DNA of 64,000 bases from Eledone cirrhosa (lineage: Eukaryota), in the NCBI GenBank assembly GCA_964016885.1, contig OZ024741.1:376960001-377024000 (forward strand), read 5' to 3'. Made by a program: the position numbers and the translations under genes. Below are positions 55,416 through 64,000 of the stretch, piece by piece (position 1 is the first letter of the stretch; every line of letters starts with the position of its first letter). The notes beneath the pieces are model-generated. The model made no database searches and was not told the origin of the DNA. It worked only from the letters and a program-made list of their open reading frames with translations.

Positions 55416-55480
55416 GTATATATAATTATATATATATATATATATATGTATGTATATGTATGTATATATATATATAATTA

Positions 55481-55529
<49 letters not shown>

Positions 55530-55540
55530 GTATATATATA

Positions 55541-55594
<54 letters not shown>

Positions 55595-55608
55595 CATATA
55601 TATGTATG

Positions 55609-55706
<98 letters not shown>

Positions 55707-55893
55707 TGTCTATATATATACATATATATATGTATATATATATATATAAGGATTCAAATACTGGAGCATGTTGGAGTTAAACACCCTCTTCGTATTATAG
55801 AAATGACAGTAAAAGGTATAGCTCAAGGTATTTAAACAGAGCCGAAGAATTATGAAAATAAAACAAAGAAGCCTTCAATACATTAAAAGTCTT

Positions 55894-55935
55894 TATTAGC
55901 CAACAATGTTTCGTCCTATTAAAGACTCATCAGGA
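55894..55935 (-). ncRNA. Type I HHR
   Basis: Reverse complement: tc-CTGATGA-gtct-ttaata-ggac-GAAAC-att-GTT-ggctaata. Confidence 0.75.
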
Positions 55936-58319
55936 CAATCCAAACCACAAGAAGTGCTATAGGCCAATACAAGCCGAAAACTCCGAAGAATATGGAGTGT
56001 ACATACACTAAAGTATTGGAAGATTATGGGTAAAAATACATAATAAAAATCACTAAGGAGGTGAATAACATTTTGAACCATATTACAAATATAGTCCAAA
56101 GCAAAAAAAACTAGAGCTAAACAAAGGTGGTTATATAGAGCGGGAATTATAGTATTATATATAATACAATATAATATAATATAATATACTTGTAACAATA
56201 TTAAAATTAAAATTAAAATTAAAAGGCACAATATACATATGTATATATGTACGCACACGTACGCACATATATATATAGATCAATACACATTTCCATCATT
56301 AACAGGACAAATTAAACCTTATTAAGAGTCTAAATATAAATAAGCATAATAGGAATAAAAATAATAATAATACGTATATCTAATATACAGTATAACTTGA
56401 AGTAATGAAATGATTAAAAGTAACACATATAATATATAATAAACTATATAATTATATAATATATAATATAATATAATAGATAATCTCCGGTTAATTTACA
56501 CAAACAATATAGATGCCACAATAATACTATAATAATAATATAATAATATATAATAGATAATGGCATGTAAGTTAACAAATCAATTCATATAGAGTTACAC
56601 AGTAGGTGAGAAAAAAATATAAATTGTACAATACCTAAAATTATGATGGTACAAAAATATAAACAACTTACATGATATATAAAATTTAACATATCATAAT
56701 GGTACATAAAATCATCGGTACGTATTAAGGATCAATAGTACAATAACAACTTCAATATAAAATAATGAACATAATATAATATATAATTACTTATAATTAC
56801 AAGGTTGGTAAACAGACACATATATGAATGAGTGAATAAGGGCCAGACAGAAAATATTATGCACAGTAGTATTAATAAATAAATAAATAAAATCAACCAG
56901 AAATTAAAAAAACAAAAACAAAAGTATTTACTTAGGTCTCACATGCAGTTAAGTAAAAACTTAGGAAACAACCTAGATAAATGACTAGAAAACCCTATTT
57001 GATAAATTAATATTGAAAATATTTAAAATACCTAATAAGGCAATACAATATTAGCTATGGTTCAAGTAATCAAAATTCCTAAACATTAATATTTCACTAT
57101 AAATATATATATAAAGGAATGAAATAGTCTACTATCGTTTACATAACGATATCTAAAAAACTGACTTAAGCAGAATTATGGTAGACTAATGGGGACAGAA
57201 AAAATAAATGTATGGAGGATACAAAGGAGCATAAAATCATAATCAATATACTGTATTATATAATAGAAAGGAGCATAACAGAGGGGGGGATTAAATATAA
57301 TGATAATATATTTGAAGGGGTTGGCAATAAGTTTATGTGTGCATGGGGGGGGGGTATCCAAAGAAGAATCCAAATAAAATAAAATAAAATGAAATAAAAT
57401 AAAATAATATAAAATATATAATCAGATATATACTCATAAGGTGTTAATAGTGAAAATTTAATGTGTAAGAAGATAGATATGGTATAGTAGCCAAAAGATT
57501 ATGAGAGCTAGAATAAAAAAGTTGTCAAAAACCATTATTATCATCATTATTATCATTGGTTTTTGACAACTTTTTATTCTAGCTCTCATAATCTTTTGGC
57601 TACTATACCATATCTATCTTCTTACACATTAAATTTTCTTTTTTTCTCACCTACTCTGTAACTCTACATGAATTGATTTGTTAAGTTACATGCCATTATA
57701 TATTATATATTATTATATTATTATTATAGTATTATTGTGACATCTATATTGTTTGTGTAAATTAACCGGAGATTATCTATTATATTATATTATATATTAT
57801 ATAATTATATACTTTATTATATATTATATGTGTTACTTTTGATCATTTCATTACTTCAAGTTATAATGTATATTAGATATACGTATTATTATTATTTTTA
57901 TTCCTATTATGCTTATTTATATTTAAACTCTTAATAAGGTTTAATTTGTGCTGTTAATGATGGAAATGTGTATTGATGTATATGTATATGTGCGTACGTG
58001 TGCGTACATATATACATATGTATATTGTGCCTTTTAATTTTAATTTTAATTTTAATATTGTTACAAGTATATTATATTATATTATTTTGTATTATATATA
58101 GTACTATAATTCCCGCTCTATATAACCACCTTTGTTTAGCTCTAGTTTTTTTGCTTTGGACTATATTTGTAATATGGTTCAAAATGTTATCCACCTCCTT
58201 AGTGATTTTTATTATATATTTTTACCCATAATCTTCCAATACATTAGTGTATGTACACTCCATATTCTTCGGAGTTTTCGGCTTGTATTGGCCGATAGCA
58301 CTTCTTGTGGTTTTGATTG

Positions 58320-58361
58320 CCCTGATGAGTCCTTAATAGGACGAAACATTGTTGGCTAATA
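58320..58361 (+). ncRNA. Type I HHR
   Basis: cc-CTGATGA-gtcc-ttaata-ggac-GAAAC-att-GTT-gg-ctaata. Confidence 0.8.
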
Positions 58362-58434
58362 AAGACTTTTGATGTATTGAAGGCTTCTTTGTTTTATTTT
58401 TATAATATATATATATATATATATATACACATAT

Positions 58435-58871
58435 GGTGGCTGCCAACTCGTTTTCGAGTACGGCCACTACTTTATATCCATGTAGGAGAACCCCTGCCCA
58501 TGCGCTGAGCGAGTGTGACTTTATAGTCCAGCCAGTGACTTGAAAACTCTGGTAGAAACACTACACCTGTGACAATTATTTACACATAGTGCTGGGCCCA
58601 TGGTACGATGTGACGACACGTGCAGAGAGATCTACAGATACAAAGCAAAGCCTGTGCCGTGATGCTTTTATAGTGAGCAAAGGCACTGCACAAAGCCAGC
58701 CCCACTCTCTTAACCAAGATGATATTTACCAAAAAGAAGAACAAGTCAACATCATTGGCTACAATCAGGGTTGCAGGTGTTATATCAGAGTTTTCCTCCT
58801 TCTCCCATAATTCTGCCTTGACAAAGGGTAAGGGGTCATCTCTCCCGGTGATTTTGGATGGCCATTGACTC
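58435..58871 (-). mobile_element. Second copy of the RTE-5'UTR-like repeat
   Basis: Diverged reverse complement of 16235-16671. Confidence 0.6.
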
Positions 58872-58952
58872 TTAAGAGCTCCTTTGCTCTTTGATATATA
58901 TATATATATATATTTGATATATATATATATGATATATATATATATGTATATT

Positions 58953-59049
<97 letters not shown>

Positions 59050-59050
<1 letters not shown>

Positions 59051-60190
59051 AAATCCGACCACAAAGGAACCAAACTCCCACTTTCCCAGCCTCTCTCTAT
59101 CCCGCTCTCCCATTGTCTCACTATTATAAGCAAATGTGGGTCCATATACTGACCCCCCCCCCCCACACACACACACCGCGTACAGAAGGCAATTTGCAGG
59201 TGGATGGTGACGGACACTCACTGGAAGACCCATTCTAGCTTGTGAGGCTCACACCCCCGGGCAGCTAACTCTGTGCCGATGGTTGTGAGTAGTAATGTGA
59301 CCCTCTGGACAAGAACACCAGAAGTCTCCAGTGCTTTGGGCTCGACCACAAACCTGTCGGAGAGCTTACTCGCCTCGTGCCGAATTGTAGCAGAGCCTGG
59401 GTTAGTCGGTGAAAAATGTGTCGCTGTATGTTGCAGCCCAGACGAAATGTTTTCCACAGCGGAAAGGAAAAATAGTCATGCTGTGTCGCCTTTTGCCGTC
59501 GCCTCTGTCTATCGCAGCCGGCTTTAGCTGGGAGGGTATGCCTGCAGCTTCCAAGCCATGCCTTATGACCAGGTTGAGAGCAGCATGGCGTGGAAGGCGG
59601 CAGACAGTGTAGTGACAAGACAACGAGTAGTGCTTGACAGTACATCAGCAATGACATATGTGTGGCTCACAGTTTCGGGGGCCGAGCCTCATGGAAATTC
59701 CGATTCGCAGGCTATTATTATCCAGCTGCATGCCAGGTATAAAGGAGGGTAAGACATTATGCCAGACAGTGATGAGGGGTTGCTAGGCGGTGCTGGTCGA
59801 ACTGATGAGGACACGACAAGAGGTTACCGCCGAAAGAAACGCCGGCAAATCCAGCAAAACAGGTGAACGGACTCCACGTCTTCCGTTTCTAACAGGTAAG
59901 GTGGCCTGTTGCCATCCAAATTCCTCAAACCTGACATTGCATATCACTCCAGCTGCTGCTCGGATACAAGTGTCGAGGTCATCGAGGGGAGATAAGTAGC
60001 TGTAGCAAGGAGCCCTACTAAATGTGTAGAGGGACTTCCGCATGGCGAAGCAGATCCTCAAAAGGAAGAGTGTCGGATATGCGTTAATCATGCCCAGCCT
60101 GTTCGTGAGGGTTGTGTATGACTGTAGTCTGGAACTCATGGATGATCGCTGACCCGAGGATTAGGACATCCTCTTTCGGGGTCACCTACA
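59050..60190 (-). mobile_element. Decayed CRE-like non-LTR retrotransposon 3' part (restriction-like endonuclease)
   Basis: QQATLPVRNG..GVRS..LPAFLSA; RHAALN..AGIPSQL.P..DRGDGKR..MTIFP...GK..W.AT..DT; F..KALET.G. Confidence 0.7.
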
Positions 60191-60735
60191 CCTGGCTTAG
60201 AATCGACCACATGTCCGAGAAGGTAAAGAAGCTCTGAATATTGTGATTCATATTAGTATATATAGTAATCAAATTTCCTTCCAATAATTTTTCCCGAAAA
60301 AATGGCTTCGCCAGCCCACACTCTGCATTAGAAATACCGACACTCTCATTGCTGAATGCATTAACATCGTTCCCTTGAATATAAGCGGGGAAGAAAAGTA
60401 AAATGTTTAATTGCAAAAACAATTATTTATTTAACTAACATTACCAATAATATGAAAAGAAAAAAAATCTACGTTCGATATATTACAATAATTATACAAG
60501 GTAATCGAATATAAATGTTAGCATTAATATGTAGCTATATTGAGTTTGTTGCATTAACATATGCATTTTCGATTAAAAGTAGAAATGTAAAAATATGCCG
60601 TATATTATACCAAATATATCTCTTTCTTTAAGCACACGTACACGTACTACACCCACATAAACGCGTAAACAAACACATTCATAGACACACATACATACAC
60701 ACACAGAGACACACACACACACCCACACACGCACG

Positions 60736-60822
<87 letters not shown>

Positions 60823-60927
60823 TTAAAGGTTAAACAAGGTTCAATGATTAAATCAAAGAATGAGTTTTACAATAGTTGGAAGCATTCAACAGTTTGGTTT
60901 TCCGGAGTTATTAATATTAATTCAAAT

Positions 60928-61546
60928 TAATTCAAAATATTAACAAATATAGACATCGTGTGATCAAGTATACTTTATTATACATATTTCAGATGTACTG
61001 AGCTATCTTCAATAGTACGTCCTCATCAGATACAATAAGATGATGCATGACATACCCTGACTTAGTAGATGGTTAAGATTCAGTCATGGTAGTGAATAAG
61101 ATATGACAAAACTCAATATTTTTATACCTTAAATTTGAGACATCAATCAATTTACATATAATACAGAGGGTGCGTGTGAGAAAGTTTTAAAATACATAAT
61201 AGCAATCTACATAACGGTTAGAGATTAAAATAATTTAAATTATTTGAATCTCTAACAATTATGTAGATTGCTATTATGTATTTTTAAACTTTCTCACACG
61301 CACCCTCTGTATTATATGTAAATTTATTCATGCCTCAATCTTAAGGTACATAAATATTGAGTTTTGTCATATCTTATTCACTACCATGACTGAATCTTAA
61401 CCATCTACTAAGTCAGGATATGTCATGCATCATCTTATTTTATCTGATGAGGACGAACTGTTGGCGATAGCTCAGTACCTCTGAAATATGTACAATAAAA
61501 TATAGTTGATCACACAAATGTCTATTTTTGTTAATATTTTGAATTA

Positions 61547-61547
<1 letters not shown>
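60928..61547. mobile_element. ~620 bp foldback of two pLTR-like arms, each with an HHR
   Basis: 60928-61213 inverted vs 61260-61547. Confidence 0.85.
60974..61033 (-). ncRNA. Type I HHR
   Basis: tat-CTGATGA-ggacgtact...agtacatct-GAAA-tatgta-TA-ata; plus-strand mate 61438-61500 has U16.1 changed to C. Confidence 0.72.
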
Positions 61548-61600
<53 letters not shown>

Positions 61601-62229
61601 TTCAAGAGTAACCAATCTTAAAGTGAGAGATGGAGATAGTAGAGGAGATGTGAGAGGAGAGATTGGTGAGTTAGTTAGAAGCCAAAGCGTAAAGGCATGT
61701 GCTCCATGTGCAATATGCAGTAGAAAGCAGCTAGGTGGCTGGGTTCATGCAGAAGTTAGGTGCGCAGAGATGCAAATATTCATTAGTTAAGCAAAACAAA
61801 ACCACAAATTTCACAAGGAAGACATTATTAAAAGATTGTCAACATATTTTAGTTTGATGTAAGGAATGTAGAGAATAATAATAATAATATTAATAATTAT
61901 AATGTCCGTTTACAATTGTTTCGCTACTCCATATAATATTTCTGGATCAGATGACTATATATCGTAATTGATCTGGTTCAGTTGAAAATAATTAACATAT
62001 TTAAAAGACAGAGTGGCTCATCGTAAATTCAAAGGAATATAAATTAAAATAAAGGGATACTGTTACATAATATAATGTTCCATATATTGGTTTTTACTAT
62101 GATGTCTTGGTTGCATCAGTTGTCAGCCATAATCAAGCAGTATTCATCTGTCGAGGCTATTGTGTGAGATCTGCAATCTTTTAATAATGTCTTCTTTGTC
62201 AAATTTGTGGTCTTGTTTTGCTTAACTAA

Positions 62230-62284
<55 letters not shown>

Positions 62285-62374
62285 CAGAAATAGCCTATTT
62301 TCCACTCTAGTACACTAAGTATTGAGTACTCTGGTGTGTTATGGTCCATCTGGTTCCTTACCACAATTCCTTTG

Positions 62375-62487
<113 letters not shown>

Positions 62488-62527
62488 CAAAGTTGAAAAT
62501 TGCAAACTTGACTGTCACCACACATTA

Positions 62528-62566
62528 TGAACCTGAAGATTGCGAAAGCATGAAAGTACTTGTTCA
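62528..62566 (+). ncRNA. Minimal type I HHR
   Basis: tgaac-CTGAAGA-t-tgc-gaaa-gca-t-GAAA-gtac-TT-gttca; AAGTACTT palindrome. Confidence 0.83.
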
Positions 62567-62681
62567 ATTAACACTTAACATTTAATATTCTACCATACTA
62601 TTTCATTCCAATACCATTATAAATTTTAAAGGATTGTAAATAAAACGAGTAAATCAGACAAAGTTGGAATTCCTTTTATTA

Positions 62682-62725
<44 letters not shown>

Positions 62726-62907
62726 TTCACCACTGGATAGAGCTGGTCAATTCCGTATGGTCAATCGCAATGTAATAATATAGAGAGTACTCAACGTAAA
62801 GCAGTTCAACCGTCTTTGTTTTTGTAGTTGGTGGTGCTATTACAGAGGTAAACATTATAATGAAATGACAGGAGGCTGGATTTATGTAAATCCTTGAAAG
62901 GTTTATT

Positions 62908-62965
62908 ATACTATGATCATTTCAATGACCGGGTTCCGTATGAATCCGGTGATATCATCAGGTAT
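62908..62965 (-). ncRNA. Type I HHR, probable 3' pLTR of a decayed PLE running off the window end
   Basis: atac-CTGATGA-t-atcaccgg...ccggtcat-t-GAAA-tgatca-TA-gtat; ATGATCAT palindrome; minus-strand KCLHK near 63505-63525 resembles PLE C-termini. Confidence 0.78.
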
Positions 62966-64000
62966 TCGAAATCTAATACGTGAATGTAATAGATAAAATC
63001 CATGGGGCTGAAAATCAAGGACCCGTGGGCGACCGCCATCCAGCATCTTCTACCTTTGCGGGTCGCCCTCGAGTGACGTGGCTAAAGCTTACTGTGTGCT
63101 ACTACCGGTCAAATAAAGGAAAATAGAAAGGGATAGGAACATAAGTTAGCGTTAATATCATGCCACAAGAAAGAAAGAAAGAAAGAAGGGGAAAGGAAGA
63201 AGAAGAGAAGCCAGGGTTAATGTCAGCTATAAGAAGAAAGACAGAAAGAAAGAGGAGGAAAGGTCGGTATTACAGTCAGGCCAGGAATGGCGCGAAAACA
63301 ATTTTTTTTGACAGGGACCCGTATCTTAGCAGAGGTAAATATAGCGGGGGTCAGTGTGCTATAATGTGTGAGCAGAGGATTGTAACGTTACGTTTTTGTT
63401 TAGATTTATAGGATGAAGTTAAAAATTAATATTTAATATTAAAGAAATTAGAAAATTTAAAGTTTAACATTTTTAAGGTTGCGAGGTTTAGGCAAAGAAA
63501 GAGTCTTTTATGAAGACACTTAAATTTTATTATAGAGTAAAGATTATGTCTTTGTTTAGCCGTCAAACAGCATGAGGCGACCAAAAATCTTGGGCAGCCG
63601 AGCCCATCACTCCGAGTGATATCGCCTAGCGAAAGATATGGAAATCGATTTTTCCGAGCACTCTAGGAATGTATAACAGGCTTCAGTTGCGCCAGCAAGA
63701 AGTCAGCCCGCATCGTTAGGCCATTCTTGTACAAAACCTGTACTATTCCTTTACCCAGGAGGGGGCGGGGGTTGCTTAAGTAGAGGGAGGCGTGATATAT
63801 CTAATAGTTCTGATTTTATCTGTAATTTAAAGGTACAATGTGGCGGTTAAAAAACCGGCTGCGCGCCGGGCCCTTGGGGCGAATCAAGCCACTCCGAGTA
63901 GTTTCATTTACCGAAAGAAGGGGAAATTTAGTTTTCCAAGCACTCAAGGTAGGCCTATGCGTCAGGAGGCCGGTCCCGCCGCCAGGAAAACCAACCTAAC

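Larger units (their letters stand above)
55748..58404 (-). mobile_element. ORF-less PLE derivative (23062 family) with inverted pLTRs
   Basis: 55852-56616 inverted vs 57640-58404; junction hairpin 57452-57638; similar to 23062-24700. Confidence 0.85.

Overview
AT-rich, repeat-dense eukaryotic DNA. The tRNA-derived SINE and the (TA)n/(CA)n load suggest an octopus/cephalopod genome (inference). No host protein-coding exon could be supported; most short ORFs in the track are microsatellite translations or antisense shadows. The window is a nest of non-LTR retroelements: several Penelope-like elements (PLEs; RT plus C-terminal GIY-YIG) of at least three types, a nearly intact 5'-truncated RTE LINE, CR1/L2-like and CRE-like fragments, and five SINE copies. 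Almost all retroelement ORFs lie on the minus strand. Reading by eye I found roughly 35 type I hammerhead ribozyme (HHR) motifs, intact or decayed, in more than 15 sequence families. Most sit in PLE pseudo-LTRs (pLTRs), often as inverted pairs. Three sit in small ORF-less direct-repeat units (318, about 430-440 and 591 nt) resembling non-autonomous retrozymes. Three unrelated families carry the compensatory U3-A8 core (UUGANAA), many have palindromic stem III loops (dimer-type), and several have a U.U pair at the base of stem II or long stem II insertions. All structures were assigned manually; no folding, alignment or database search was run, and element boundaries are approximate.
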